The notes under the pieces were generated by a model. It worked only from the letters and a program-made list of their open reading frames with translations, was not told the DNA's origin and did no database searches. This document shows, piece after piece, positions 17,020 to 26,536 of a stretch of 45,213 nt of DNA. Numbering within the stretch: position 1 is the first letter of the stretch; each line of letters starts with the position of its first letter. The stretch lies in the UHGV virus genome UHGV-0383844. One strand, written 5' to 3'. A program made the position numbers and the translations under genes. This DNA comes from a virus.

Positions 17020-17751
17020 ATGAAAGAAGAATTATTTAAAATGGCACAGGAGTGCCTTTCCGAGGAAGAAGTAAAGGAAATCCTCAGAAATAAATTCAAG
17101 GAATCAATAGAATCGGCAATAGAAAAAACGTTTAGATGGGGAAAAGTAGAAAGTGCACTGAAGAAAAAAATAGAAGAAGTCATGGTGCCGTACATAGAGA
17201 AGTATGATTTTTCGGAATACCTTCCAAAGTTGGATACGGTGCTTACTGAAATTGTAAATTCTGATGCTTGCATTGAGAATAAAAAGATTCTGGAGAATTT
17301 TAAGGATTTATCAATCAAGCAGGAAGAAAAAGAGATTAAAGTCACGGATCTGTTTGAAGCATGGATTAAAATGTGCGAGAAGAAGATCAGTACAACTGGC
17401 CTGGAAGTGGAGTTTGACGATGGACCATACTACGAATCGGTCGGATGCGAGATGCGAATAGAAGAGAGTGAAAGACCTGTTTGGAGTTCTGTGCATAGGG
17501 CGGTGATTGTTTTCGAAAACGATCATGATGAAGAATTAAACATCGAGATTCCGATATCAAAATGGGATTTTGAAAAAGAGCATACACTTGATAATTTAGG
17601 ATGTGTGAATATCCAGTCTCTTCGATATCTCGGGGAATTTGACATGTTGTTAATGAGATTGCAAAGAGCGGGAACGAAAATCATCATAAACGAAATGGAA
17701 GCAGATGGAGAAATATGTCCAGAGGAAGAGCCGGAAGTAAGTTTCAGTTAG
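17020..17751 (+). CDS. Hypothetical protein (243 aa)
   Basis: RBS aaggaggagcaaaATG; no family recognised. Confidence 0.5.
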   Translation: MKEELFKMAQECLSEEEVKEILRNKFKESIESAIEKTFRWGKVESALKKKIEEVMVPYIEKYDFSEYLPKLDTVLTEIVNSDACIENKKILENFKDLSIKQEEKEIKVTDLFEAWIKMCEKKISTTGLEVEFDDGPYYESVGCEMRIEESERPVWSSVHRAVIVFENDHDEELNIEIPISKWDFEKEHTLDNLGCVNIQSLRYLGEFDMLLMRLQRAGTKIIINEMEADGEICPEEEPEVSFS

Positions 17752-17885
17752 GAGGCAAACATGAACAGAAAAAGATACGGTTTTAGAGTCTACAGGAAAC
17801 AGCCTACCGGATTGAGACACGGAAATATGGATTTGTTTACGCGCGGCATCACAAAGCGAAAGAGAAAGAATAGGGTGAGAGGAAA

Positions 17886-18077
17886 ATGACGAACAATGAT
17901 CATTTGAACAACATAACAGGAGAAACGGATACACCAGAAATCTCCGCAGTGAAGATGATACTTACAAGAATAGATGAGGATTTAGAAAACGATCTGTACG
18001 AAGAAAACCGTGATAAATACCTGAATTTGTACAAGAGCCAAAAAGAGTGGCTGGAAAGAGAGGTTGAAAATGCGTAG
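17886..18077 (+). CDS. Hypothetical small protein (63 aa)
   Basis: ORF in early operon. Confidence 0.3.
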   Translation: MTNNDHLNNITGETDTPEISAVKMILTRIDEDLENDLYEENRDKYLNLYKSQKEWLEREVENA

Positions 18078-18336
18078 GCCAGCACACTTTCTGGATCCGT
18101 ACCAGTTCCAAATCGAAGAGATGGTAAAACTCGGATGCTCGGATGAGCATATCCATAAAGTCTTGCATGACATTCAGAAAGTGGAATTTACGAGAGATGA
18201 TCTTATCCGGTACATGGATAAGACTGGGATTCGGAAGAGAAGAGCAGCGAAAAGATGGACGCGGAGCAAAGAGGTTGAGTGGGAAGAGCTTTGCAAGCAG
18301 TTGCGAGGAAATAAGAAGAAAATAAACGAAAAATAG
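18064..18336 (+). CDS. Hypothetical small basic protein (HTH-like)
   Basis: ORF; likely ATG at 18070. Confidence 0.4.
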   Translation: MKMRRPAHFLDPYQFQIEEMVKLGCSDEHIHKVLHDIQKVEFTRDDLIRYMDKTGIRKRRAAKRWTRSKEVEWEELCKQLRGNKKKINEK

Positions 18337-18386
18337 AAAGGAGCCAGCCTCCGGCCGGGGCAAGGGTATACCGGGCTTCTGAGAAA

Positions 18387-19271
18387 ATGGATAAAGAGAA
18401 AAAAGCAATCGAAAGAATTAAAATGGCAAGTGAAATGAGTCTACACCACTATGGTAGACCGCTTATTTGCACATACAGCGGCGGCAAGGATAGTGATGTG
18501 ATGTTAGAGATTTTTAAGCGATCCGGAATTCCGTTTGAAGTGCATAACAGCCATACAACGGCAGATGCGCCACAGACAGTTCGGCATATTCGGGAGGTAT
18601 TCCGAGAACTGGAACTGCATGGAATTAAGTGCGAAATAGAAAAACCACGCTATAAAGGAAAACAGATTAGCATGTGGAGCTTAATTCCCGAAAAGCTTAT
18701 GCCGCCGACAAGAATGGTAAGATATTGTTGCTCTGTGCTGAAAGAAACTGGATGTGCAAACCGGTATATCGCAACCGGAGTGAGATGGGATGAAAGTGCT
18801 TCCAGGATGAAAAGAGAAGAGTTTGAAAAAATTGGACGAACCAAAAAGGAGAAAGAAAAATTCACAAAGATAATGTTGATGAATGATAACAATTCGCAAA
18901 GAAGAATGAGCGAATTGTGCATGCAGCAAAATAAGATGATTGTAAATCCTATTATAGATTGGACGCATAGTGATATCTGGGAATATATAAATTCCGAGAA
19001 AATAGAGACGTGCGAACTGTACCAGTGCGGATACGATCGTATTGGATGCATTGGGTGCGCGCTGGCAGGAAAAAAACGATACAAAGAATTTGCAGATTTC
19101 CCGGAATACAAGAAACTGTATATCCACGCATTTGCCAGAATGTTAGAAGAACGTAAAAGACGTGGAAAAGAATGTAAATGGAAGTCAGGAGAAGAAGTAT
19201 TTCTATGGTGGATGGAAGACGAGAACGTGCCGGGACAGATGAGCATAGAAGATTTTATTACGGAGGAATGA
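18387..19271 (+). CDS. PAPS-reductase-like PP-loop ATP pyrophosphatase (phage type) with C-terminal Cys cluster
   Basis: LICTYSGGKDSDVMLEIF PP-loop motif; CELYQCGYDRIGCIGC. Confidence 0.8.
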   Translation: MDKEKKAIERIKMASEMSLHHYGRPLICTYSGGKDSDVMLEIFKRSGIPFEVHNSHTTADAPQTVRHIREVFRELELHGIKCEIEKPRYKGKQISMWSLIPEKLMPPTRMVRYCCSVLKETGCANRYIATGVRWDESASRMKREEFEKIGRTKKEKEKFTKIMLMNDNNSQRRMSELCMQQNKMIVNPIIDWTHSDIWEYINSEKIETCELYQCGYDRIGCIGCALAGKKRYKEFADFPEYKKLYIHAFARMLEERKRRGKECKWKSGEEVFLWWMEDENVPGQMSIEDFITEE

Positions 19272-19274
19272 CTA

Positions 19275-19457
19275 ATGCCAAAAGTGAAAGAAACGCGCTT
19301 GCGAAAAGGCGACACGATCAAATGCGCTGATGCAGAGGATTGCGTGAGGACAATGAATGAGTTGGCGGTCTGCGGGATAGAGACAGATTTTCTCTACGAA
19401 AAAGATGGAGAGAGTGGTTTATGGTTGGAAATAACGGGAGGAAAATTAGATGGATGA
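19275..19457 (+). CDS. Hypothetical small protein (60 aa)
   Basis: ORF. Confidence 0.3.
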   Translation: MPKVKETRLRKGDTIKCADAEDCVRTMNELAVCGIETDFLYEKDGESGLWLEITGGKLDG

Positions 19458-19644
19458 GAAGAAAGCTAAAGAAGCAATATACTGCATGAAATCATTTGTG
19501 GATTATACAATGTGTGAAAAATGCAATAACTATGATAGATGCGATCATACAATGGTTGCTGATAATGCGAGAATAGCAATCGAAGCATTAGAAAAACAGT
19601 TGCCGAAGAGACCTAGGGAAATGGAACAGGAGAATGAACGATGA
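19450..19644 (+). CDS. Hypothetical small Cys-rich protein (64 aa)
   Basis: CMKSFVDYTMCEKCNNYDRCDH. Confidence 0.35.
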   Translation: MDEKKAKEAIYCMKSFVDYTMCEKCNNYDRCDHTMVADNARIAIEALEKQLPKRPREMEQENER

Positions 19645-19955
19645 AAAATTATGACCCGAATATGAGCAGTGGAATACACACCATAAAAATCACATTGCAA
19701 ATATGGGATTATGTAGGACACATCATACATAAAGTCGGCGGAAACTGTAAAGGGATGAACGTCCTGGAATTTGATTTTGAATGTTGGGATGGGTTTGAGG
19801 AAAATGATTGCCACATTGAATATCACGAAGATTGTGGCTATTTCACGTGCGTTTTGAAAAATTCTTATGGAGATACATTATCTTGTGGGTGTGACGCAAG
19901 TGAAATGAATGACATGATCGTTGCGATTGAAATCTTAGATTATACGGAGGAATAG
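19641..19955 (+). CDS. Hypothetical Cys/His-rich protein (104 aa)
   Basis: ECWDGFEENDCHIEYHEDCGYFTCV...SCGCD. Confidence 0.4.
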   Translation: MKNYDPNMSSGIHTIKITLQIWDYVGHIIHKVGGNCKGMNVLEFDFECWDGFEENDCHIEYHEDCGYFTCVLKNSYGDTLSCGCDASEMNDMIVAIEILDYTEE

Positions 19956-19956
19956 T

Positions 19957-20199
19957 ATGACTGGTAGAGAATTAAGCGAAAAATTGAATTATTTAGGGAT
20001 GGAAAGAAAAGTTAGAAAATTAGCGCTTGAAGAAAAAATGGAAACAGCGGAAAAAATTGCAGTAATGTCAACAATGGAAGTTTGCAATCTGGTTTCGAAC
20101 GAGTATGAAATCGTATATAGCGAAAATGAAGAAATTGGGTTGGTTCACAAAGATAATCTGAAAGAGTATTCTGCACTTGTAAAAATCATTTCACGTTAA
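19957..20199 (+). CDS. Hypothetical protein (80 aa)
   Basis: ORF. Confidence 0.35.
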   Translation: MTGRELSEKLNYLGMERKVRKLALEEKMETAEKIAVMSTMEVCNLVSNEYEIVYSENEEIGLVHKDNLKEYSALVKIISR

Positions 20200-20207
20200 T
20201 TCGAATT

Positions 20208-20732
20208 TTGGTGGAGGGACAGCAAATGAACGTATTAGAGAAGATCTTGGAAGAGATTGAAGATCATGCGATAGAGTTTGAATCATTCGGAATGTGTGAT
20301 GATTATGTAAGTGTTTGTTGGGCAAAAGACATTATCCGTTCTCATATGGGCGATGTTCCGAAGTGCAGAGAATGCAGCCGAAGAAAATTTTATATGCAAG
20401 GATATGAAGATGGGAAGAAAAATGACGGTTGGATTCCGGTAAGCGAGAAATTGCCGGAAGTCGGGAAAATGGTAAAAGTTACTGTACACTCATCTGAATG
20501 GATTGGAGACTATTATTCAGATTGGGTCCCAGAAGAAGAAAAGACATACCATTCAGAAGAATACGCTGTGTATGATGGATACATAGATAGAGTGGGTATG
20601 TGGAAATTTTATGATGAGGAAGGTTCGTTCAATGCTTGCGACAAAGAATTTGGAACAAATAAGGAAATTGTGTACGATGTCGTGACAGCGTGGATGCCGA
20701 AAGAACAGATAGAACCATACAAGGAGGGATAA
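20208..20732 (+). CDS. DUF551-domain phage protein (Cys-rich N-terminus)
   Basis: GWIPVSEKLPEVGKMVKV matches DUF551 WIPVxExLPE signature. Confidence 0.5.
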   Translation: MVEGQQMNVLEKILEEIEDHAIEFESFGMCDDYVSVCWAKDIIRSHMGDVPKCRECSRRKFYMQGYEDGKKNDGWIPVSEKLPEVGKMVKVTVHSSEWIGDYYSDWVPEEEKTYHSEEYAVYDGYIDRVGMWKFYDEEGSFNACDKEFGTNKEIVYDVVTAWMPKEQIEPYKEG

Positions 20733-20733
20733 C

Positions 20734-20925
20734 ATGGACATTTTAATTACAATCGCATTCTTAGCCCTGTACTACATCCTGGGGCTGGGAACTGTAATTT
20801 CCCTAAAAACAGGATTGGAAGAGGATGTAGAGCTAGAAGGTGCGGATTACCTGATGGCTGCGGGATTTCCGATACTGTTATTTGTGATTTTTTTAGATTG
20901 GATCGTGCGAAAGATAGTGAGGTAG
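20734..20925 (+). CDS. Small membrane protein (63 aa)
   Basis: ILITIAFLALYYILGLGTVISL and FPILLFVIFLDWIV hydrophobic segments. Confidence 0.35.
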   Translation: MDILITIAFLALYYILGLGTVISLKTGLEEDVELEGADYLMAAGFPILLFVIFLDWIVRKIVR

Positions 20926-21530
20926 AAAATATGAGAAAATTTAACTGGGACGAATTTAAGGATGCAGATAATAAGATCGCGGTGCACTGCAAAACAAAGA
21001 AGGAAGCGGTAGACTTTTGCAAGCAGATGCACGAACATGGAATGAAGTGGAGAGATGGAAATAGTTACTTAGAACTTACGGAATATGAAAAAAATCTTGA
21101 TGAAACATGCTATACAGGAGCCGGAGGATTTGCATGTTGTGATTTTTATGAAAGCGAAGGATATAAAATCTTAGAATGGAGTGGTTACATGGACAAAGAT
21201 TTTACTAAAGCAGATCTGAAAGATGGGATGGTAGTGGAACAGAGAGATGGGGGTATGTATCTTGTATTGGCTGGGACGGCAGTGGGAAAAGGAGAACACA
21301 ATAGTATAGTCGGTTATACTGATGGCTTGAAATGGGCAGGTTATAAAGGAGGAGACGTCGTTAAAGTCTATAGGATTACTCCGGGATCACTCGGATGCAT
21401 AGAAGATGTGTTTATTAAAAACAACCTTGAGCTCATCTGGGAACGCAAAGAACCAAAGAAAATGACAATCGAAGAAATGAGGAAGAAGTTGGAAGAATTG
21501 ACCGGGGAGCAGATTGAGGTGACGGCATGA
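20898..21530 (+). CDS. Hypothetical protein (probable start ATG 20931)
   Basis: RBS gtgaggtagaaaatATG. Confidence 0.5.
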   Translation: MDRAKDSEVENMRKFNWDEFKDADNKIAVHCKTKKEAVDFCKQMHEHGMKWRDGNSYLELTEYEKNLDETCYTGAGGFACCDFYESEGYKILEWSGYMDKDFTKADLKDGMVVEQRDGGMYLVLAGTAVGKGEHNSIVGYTDGLKWAGYKGGDVVKVYRITPGSLGCIEDVFIKNNLELIWERKEPKKMTIEEMRKKLEELTGEQIEVTA

Positions 21531-21751
21531 CCAGAGAAACCATGAAACACAGAAGGGAGACAGCAGACACCGTGAGAAAGATAGAAGCATACAAGATGGC
21601 AACGAGAAAGCCCTGTGAGACAGCTTTAAAGCAAAAGGGGCATAAAGCCTTTGCCTGCGACTTTAAAGGCGGTGAGAGGGCGAATAAGGACACTCTGGAC
21701 TACATAGCAGAGAAATACAACATAAAAGAGCGGATTCCGGGAGGCGATTGA
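21527..21751 (+). CDS. Hypothetical protein (74 aa)
   Basis: ORF. Confidence 0.35.
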   Translation: MTRETMKHRRETADTVRKIEAYKMATRKPCETALKQKGHKAFACDFKGGERANKDTLDYIAEKYNIKERIPGGD

Positions 21752-21752
21752 G

Positions 21753-22166
21753 TTGGACAAGAAAACACTGAAAAAGTATAAGCCAAACAAAGATAGACTT
21801 ATCCGGATTGAGAACCAGATACAAGAACTCTGTGAACGGGAATCGACTGTTGTCATGGGGAAGGTAACGGGATCCAGCGCAGATTTTCCGTACACCGAAG
21901 TGAGAACATCTGTACAAATGTATGACCCTTACGAAGAAGAGAATGTAAGACAGCAGATTAGGCGAAAAGAAGCGGACAGGCTGCGGATCCTGAAAGAGCA
22001 AGAAGAAGTCGAAGACTACATAAATGGGATTGATGATCCGGAGATTAAAGAGATATTTGAGTTGCACTATCTTGAGGGGAAAACCCAGCAAAAAGTCGCA
22101 GATGAAATTGGATATACCCAGGCGCGAGTATCGCAGATTATAAGCGCACAGCTTAAAGATTTATAG
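21753..22166 (+). CDS. Late-gene transcriptional regulator, ArpU / sigma-70 region-4-like
   Basis: C-terminal EIFELHYLEGKTQQKVADEIGYTQARVSQII = sigma region 4 HTH; position just upstream of packaging module. Confidence 0.6.
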   Translation: MDKKTLKKYKPNKDRLIRIENQIQELCERESTVVMGKVTGSSADFPYTEVRTSVQMYDPYEEENVRQQIRRKEADRLRILKEQEEVEDYINGIDDPEIKEIFELHYLEGKTQQKVADEIGYTQARVSQIISAQLKDL

Positions 22167-22243
22167 CATTTATATTTTACTTATGCTATAATTATCCTAG
22201 AACGATTGTATATTGTTCTAAAACAATCTTTCCAAACATTCAG

Positions 22244-22290
22244 AACACCGCCGGACTTTTACCCTTTCTTGTCTGGCGGTGTTTCTATGC
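22244..22290 (+). terminator. Intrinsic terminator (aacaccgccggac...gtctggcggtgtt stem) + tttctat
   Basis: 13-bp stem with one G-U, followed by U-run; downstream of late regulator. Confidence 0.5.
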
Positions 22291-22332
22291 CGTGGTCAGT
22301 TGGGACAAGCAGGTTCGATCCCTGCACACGGT
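22290..22332 (+). other. tRNA-derived fragment / minihelix: acceptor-like stem ccgtg/cacgg plus T-arm gcaggttcgatccctgc (15/17 identical to the T-arm of the downstream tRNA-Lys)
   Basis: canonical T-loop GGTTCGATCC; no D or anticodon arm can be drawn. Confidence 0.35.
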
Positions 22333-22522
22333 TTAGTAGCATATCACGGTAAATATTAAAAATCCGGAATGCCGTGGAAGTGCTACGGAGTGATATCACA
22401 AAACGCAGATATCCGCAGATCTGCAAAACAAACAAAAATAGATTCAGCAATCTATATTTAGTGTAATCAGCGTACCCGAGTGCTGCGGATAGGGTAAAGG
22501 ATGTCAATAAAAGGCATCCTAT

Positions 22523-22595
22523 GGGTGTATAGCTCAGTTGGTAGAGCGATCGGCTTTTAACCGACGTGTCGCAGGTTCGAATCCTGCTATACCCA
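22523..22595 (+). tRNA. tRNA-Lys (anticodon TTT), 73 nt, no encoded CCA
   Basis: manual cloverleaf: acceptor gggtgta/tataccc (one G-U), D-arm gctc-agttggta-gagc, anticodon loop cTTTTaa, T-arm gcagg-ttcgaat-cctgc, discriminator A; A27-C43 mismatch at top of anticodon stem. Confidence 0.85.
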
Positions 22596-22781
22596 TTGTG
22601 GACTACTGCAAAGTTTCCTCCTTTTTTTCTTATAAATTTTGATTGTGTATTTGGTTATTTTGGTTTTTGTTGGCGTTATTAATTCTTTCAGCAGTAGTCC
22701 TAAATATTAAAAAAGTATAAATTAGCACTAAAGTGTTGTGGCTGCTAATTATGTGTGTTATATTCAGTATATAATTAAGAG

Positions 22782-23309
22782 TTGGGGGACAGAGTTATGG
22801 AGCTTTTATGGGATATGTTGATAGGGCTGCTAACAGGAATCGTTAGCGGTGTGATTAGCGGTATATTAGTGACTAAATATTACCGGAAGAAAGACATTAA
22901 AAAAGAGAAAACGAGATATTTCTTGACTGAAAAAAATCGCTTGAGGAATATTTGCGAAGTTTTGGAAAAGATGAAAGAAAATGAAGATGCGTCTCAAGAA
23001 GAACAATGTAATTATTTTCGAGAGTTGAAAGATGTGAAGCGCAGAACAGTGAAGATGGACAGTGAATTTGAGTTGTCAAATGAAGAGTTGAAAAATAGAA
23101 AAGATATAAGTATATTGGATAATAACTTGGGTGAAGTAATCAATGAATTTGATCAAAGCGTTCACATAATGAAAATGGCTGATAAAATGCAAGGTGAAGT
23201 AATTAAAGAAGAAGCAAAAAAGAAAGCACATGGTATACATAAGCTGTATGAAAAAGCAGGATGTTTTCTTCCGATAGTGGAAGATATTATATCAAATATG
23301 AATGTTTAA
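22782..23309 (+). CDS. Membrane-anchored hypothetical protein (probable start ATG 22797; N-terminal TM then charged coiled-coil)
   Basis: MELLWDMLIGLLTGIVSGVISGILV TM helix; RBS gggggacagagttATG; own terminator. Confidence 0.5.
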   Translation: MGDRVMELLWDMLIGLLTGIVSGVISGILVTKYYRKKDIKKEKTRYFLTEKNRLRNICEVLEKMKENEDASQEEQCNYFRELKDVKRRTVKMDSEFELSNEELKNRKDISILDNNLGEVINEFDQSVHIMKMADKMQGEVIKEEAKKKAHGIHKLYEKAGCFLPIVEDIISNMNV

Positions 23310-23335
23310 GAGGCACTTCGGTGTCTCTTTTTTGT
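23308..23335 (+). terminator. Intrinsic terminator aagaggcac-ttcg-gtgtctctt + tttttg
   Basis: 9-bp stem, TTCG tetraloop, T-run. Confidence 0.6.
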
Positions 23336-23351
23336 ACTATAAATTAACAGA

Positions 23352-23816
23352 TTGGAAGGTGGTGAAGTGGCAGGTTATGATAACATAAAAGATCGTGGAT
23401 TTAATAAACGAACAACGGAGGAACTACGAATAATTACTTCTAAAGGTGGTAAAGCAAGCGGAGAAGCAAGACGGAGAAAGGCTGATTTCCGAAAGACATT
23501 GAACATGCTGCTTACCGCCGAAATAGATAGTCCTGAATGGAAGCCGGTTCTGGAGTCACTCGGTGTTGAGTGCACTCTGGAATCGGCTCTTTTGATGGCA
23601 CAGATCAAAGAAGCGCTGAGTGGAAATACACAGGCAGCTACATTCGTAGCGAAGTATGCAGGGCAATCGCCGGAACCGGATGAGAACAGACGAAACCGGG
23701 AGGCGGATACAGAATTGAAATTGGCAAATGCAGATAAACTGAACAGAGATTGCGGTAGTGAGGATGAAATGGAAGGAGTGGAGATTATCAATGACGCAGA
23801 CCAAAAAACAAGTTAG
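23352..23816 (+). CDS. terS: Terminase small subunit
   Basis: small basic protein immediately upstream of and overlapping TerL; GYDNIKDRGFNKRTTEELRIITSKGGKASGEARRRKA. Confidence 0.65.
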   Translation: MEGGEVAGYDNIKDRGFNKRTTEELRIITSKGGKASGEARRRKADFRKTLNMLLTAEIDSPEWKPVLESLGVECTLESALLMAQIKEALSGNTQAATFVAKYAGQSPEPDENRRNREADTELKLANADKLNRDCGSEDEMEGVEIINDADQKTS

Positions 23817-25149
23817 AATATCAGATTTGATCATTCCAAAATATCTGCCGTTATTCAACGATAAGCAGCATAAACATATCATCCTGACTTCTGGCCGTGC
23901 CGGCACGAAATCCAGTTATGCAGGTGTTAGAGGTATTTTCCAGTTGGTGGATGATGCAAATGGTTCAGCAGTAGTCCTGAGAAAACATCACAATAAACTG
24001 CGGAAAACAGTGTATAAAGAAATGCTCCGGGGCATTAACCGGCTAGAAATTCCCAAGTCATATTTCAAGATCGGAAAATCCCCGATGGAGATTACATATA
24101 AAAAGCACAATACAACGATGTATTTCTCCGGTTCTGATGGAATTGACGATACAAAAGGTATCATCGATGAGGACAAGCCGATAAAGCTTGTAGTGCTGGA
24201 TGAGCTGACAGAGTTCTTTGATGACGGGGAAGGGGAAGATGAACTGGCGAATATAGAAGCAACGTTCGTCCGTGGAAACAAAGCTGGTTTCCAGATGATC
24301 TATCTTTACAATCCGCCGAAGAATCCGAATGCTCCGATCAACCTCTGGTGTAAGAAGATGGAAGAGCGGGAGGACTGCATCCATATTCACACAAGCTATA
24401 AAGATGTTCCGGTTGATTGGTTAGGACAGGATCTGATTGATTCTGCAGAAGCTATGATGCGAGCGGATATCAAGATGTACCGGTGGACATGGTTAGGAGA
24501 GCCTACGGGAGTTGATGATCTGATCTACTATATGTTTTCAGCAGAGAAGCATATTTATCAGCCGGAAGATTACATTGAGGAAGAGAAACGAAGCATTGGG
24601 GAGATTGGAATCGGAGTGGACTACGGTCAGCAGAATGCAACAGTCTATGAAGCGTTCGGCATTGACTATCAAAATCAGGTCCTGCGTGGAATCGATGAGT
24701 ACTACTATTCCGGGCGAGAAAGTGGCACACAGAAATCTCCTTCGGAGTATGCACAGGATATGAAAACATTCTGTGACAAGATAGAACAGGAGTATGACCG
24801 TGTAGTCAGCTACATATTCGTGGATCCATCGGCAGCAGGTCTGATTGAGGAAATACGGAGAGTCATCCCCCATATACCGGTTATACCGGCGCAGAATGAT
24901 GTCAAGTTGGGGATCAGCCGTGTGCAGAAGTTGTTGTCTTTCGGAAGAATGATCGTCAGCGAGAAACAGAAGATGCTGATAAAGGAGTTTGGACTTTATC
25001 AGTACAATACAGATGGAATTAAAAAAGGTGTTGAGATTCCAGTAAAAGAGAACGATCATGCGCTTGATGGAACACGCTATTTATGCGTCGGAATGTGGAA
25101 CCAGATTAAATTTATGTTGCCAATATCAGAAAGAGGTGAGGAACGTTGA
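23758..25149 (+). CDS. terL: Terminase large subunit (PBSX/Terminase_3-like; probable start ATG 23791)
   Basis: P-loop-like ILTSGRAGTKSSYAG; C-terminal nuclease-type region; RBS gaaggagtggagattatcaATG. Confidence 0.9.
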   Translation: MRMKWKEWRLSMTQTKKQVRISDLIIPKYLPLFNDKQHKHIILTSGRAGTKSSYAGVRGIFQLVDDANGSAVVLRKHHNKLRKTVYKEMLRGINRLEIPKSYFKIGKSPMEITYKKHNTTMYFSGSDGIDDTKGIIDEDKPIKLVVLDELTEFFDDGEGEDELANIEATFVRGNKAGFQMIYLYNPPKNPNAPINLWCKKMEEREDCIHIHTSYKDVPVDWLGQDLIDSAEAMMRADIKMYRWTWLGEPTGVDDLIYYMFSAEKHIYQPEDYIEEEKRSIGEIGIGVDYGQQNATVYEAFGIDYQNQVLRGIDEYYYSGRESGTQKSPSEYAQDMKTFCDKIEQEYDRVVSYIFVDPSAAGLIEEIRRVIPHIPVIPAQNDVKLGISRVQKLLSFGRMIVSEKQKMLIKEFGLYQYNTDGIKKGVEIPVKENDHALDGTRYLCVGMWNQIKFMLPISERGEER

Positions 25150-26525
25150 TACAGTATGAAACTATAAAACAGGCAATGGGAGTGGATGTTGCGGTATCCC
25201 AGAGAATGGCACAGGCAATCTATCGTTGGTCGAAGATGTATATCAACGAATCCTCCTGGTTGAATGATGATGTAAAGGGATTGAACCTCCCGGCAGCAAT
25301 CTGCTCCGAAATGGCAAGACTGGTGACAATGGAATCCAGTATCAATATTACGGGCGGAAGCAAAGCTGAAATGATTAAAGAGGGGATGCAGCCGTTTCTA
25401 AATGAGATTTCAAACTACACAGAGTTTGCCTGCAGTACAGGCGGTGTGGTCTTTAAACCGTATTTATCCCAGAAAAGGATTGAGATAGATGTAGTGAGAG
25501 CCGGTGACTTTTATCCGGTAGAGTTTAACAGCGCAGGAGAGATTACAGCGGCTATCTTCCCAGAATTTAAGCGCGCTGGAAAGAATCTTTATACAAGACT
25601 TGAATATCACGCATTACAGGGCGATAGATACAGCATTGTGAACAAAGCTTTTATCAGTAAGAAAGCAATGGTAAAAACGGATGATATCGTAAATCTCGGA
25701 CAGGAGATCAATCTGGAAGAAGTACCGGAATGGTCAGATATTGCCCCTTATGTCGAGTTTCAGAATGCGGACAGGATGCTGTTTTCTTACTTCAAAATTC
25801 CATTGGCAAACAATACAGACATCCATTCTCCTCTTGGTGTATCAATCTATGCAAGAGCCGTGAATCAGATTCGGGATGCTGATGAGCAGTATGGAGCAGT
25901 GTTGTGGGAATACAAATCAAAGGAAACGGCAATTCAGGCAGCGGATGAATTTTTCCGGAAGAACCGGCAGGGAGAAGTTATCCTGCCAAAAGGGAAAGAA
26001 CGGCTTTACCGGGCAATGGGGCCGAATGTAATGAGCAAAGACGGTAATCCATTTTTTAATGCATATTCGCCGGAGATCCGGGATGAGAGCTTCTTCAACG
26101 GGTACAACAGGATCATACAGAAAGTAGAGTTTAACTGTGGTCTGGCTTATGGAACTCTTTCAGATCCACAGGTAGTGGATAAGACAGCAGAAGAAATTAA
26201 GGCCAGTAAGCAACGCTCTTACGCAACGGTAAAATCTATTCAGAATAGCCTTGGGAACGCACTTGAGAATCTTGTGGCAGCAGTGGAAGTATGGATGTCG
26301 CTTGGTAGCATTTCTGCAGACGGAAAGGTAGAAGTATCCTGCAGTTGGGATGATTCCCTTGTAACAGACAAGAAATATGAGACAGAGCAGCTCCGTGCTG
26401 ATTTTAGTATGGGAGTTGTTGGTCCTGTAGAGTATCGGATGAAGCGTTTCGGTGAAACGGAAGAGCAGGCGATCAAGATGCTGAAACAGGCATCACAATT
26501 TAGCCAGGAAGATACAATGGAATAG
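25146..26525 (+). CDS. Portal protein (SPP1 gp6-like)
   Basis: size, position after TerL, overlap with TerL stop; TTG start with RBS agaggtgagg. Confidence 0.85.
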   Translation: MIQYETIKQAMGVDVAVSQRMAQAIYRWSKMYINESSWLNDDVKGLNLPAAICSEMARLVTMESSINITGGSKAEMIKEGMQPFLNEISNYTEFACSTGGVVFKPYLSQKRIEIDVVRAGDFYPVEFNSAGEITAAIFPEFKRAGKNLYTRLEYHALQGDRYSIVNKAFISKKAMVKTDDIVNLGQEINLEEVPEWSDIAPYVEFQNADRMLFSYFKIPLANNTDIHSPLGVSIYARAVNQIRDADEQYGAVLWEYKSKETAIQAADEFFRKNRQGEVILPKGKERLYRAMGPNVMSKDGNPFFNAYSPEIRDESFFNGYNRIIQKVEFNCGLAYGTLSDPQVVDKTAEEIKASKQRSYATVKSIQNSLGNALENLVAAVEVWMSLGSISADGKVEVSCSWDDSLVTDKKYETEQLRADFSMGVVGPVEYRMKRFGETEEQAIKMLKQASQFSQEDTME

Positions 26526-26536
26526 GGTGTGAGGAT

